DNA of 64,000 nucleotides from a plasmid: sequence record NZ_CP049261.1; one strand, 5' to 3'. Shown piece by piece: positions 63,946 to 64,000 of this stretch (position 1 is its first letter; each line of letters starts with the position of its first letter). The notes under the pieces were generated by a model. It saw only the letters and a program-made list of their open reading frames with translations, ran no database searches and was not told where the DNA came from. The position numbers and the translations under genes were made by a program.

Positions 63946-64000
63946 CTGTAAAACGGCATTATACGTGGCTTTTACCGCGCGACCAGTACGCCATAAAACA

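Noticed and set aside
1-64000. CRISPR arrays, rRNA, IS transposases
   Set aside because: No short direct-repeat and spacer periodicity, no rRNA-like conserved blocks and no transposase-like ORF were found anywhere in the window.

Overview
This is an enterobacterial chromosomal window of about 57% GC with three AT-rich accessory patches. (1) 1-16.5 kb holds the sheath/baseplate half of an SPI-6/T6SS-1-like type VI secretion cluster: tssB, tssC, tssK, tssL, tagL (OmpA-domain), hcp, clpV, vgrG, PAAR and a tssJ fragment. Two AT-rich effector/immunity insertions lie within it: an HExxH protein plus lipoprotein between clpV and vgrG, and an aspzincin-like HExxH...GTDD metallopeptidase apparently appended to vgrG by an A6 homopolymer, followed by two secreted or lipoprotein immunity candidates. 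tssM, tssA, tssE, tssF and tssG are absent from the window, and tssJ lacks its N-terminus. (2) 16.5-26 kb carries the scsB/scsC disulfide-exchange genes, an orphan immunity cassette (acidic hypothetical protein plus SUKH-1/SMI1-KNR4 protein), an iron-complex ABC transporter and an MFS gene. (3) 26.2-34.7 kb is an island that starts with about 1.2 kb of AT-rich ORF-free DNA and a tyrosine integrase. Three translationally coupled genes follow: an unknown-domain protein, a two-HKD phospholipase-D-family nuclease and a 1061-aa SNF2-family helicase. I regard this as the most likely undescribed system, a candidate anti-phage defence module. The rest is housekeeping: SDR, histidine phosphatase, two chemoreceptors, MBL hydrolase, guaD, GST, an LprI-like lipoprotein, a HAAAP transporter, mgtA with a Pro-rich leader ORF and PhoP box, roxA, an autotransporter with He_PIG repeats, treZ-treY-glgX and hipBA. 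At least 20 genes are interrupted by single-base frame changes, mostly at homopolymer runs. Assembly error is more likely than mass pseudogenisation, so I give coordinates for the reconstructed genes with the approximate frameshift positions. No rRNA, tRNA, CRISPR array or transposase was found.
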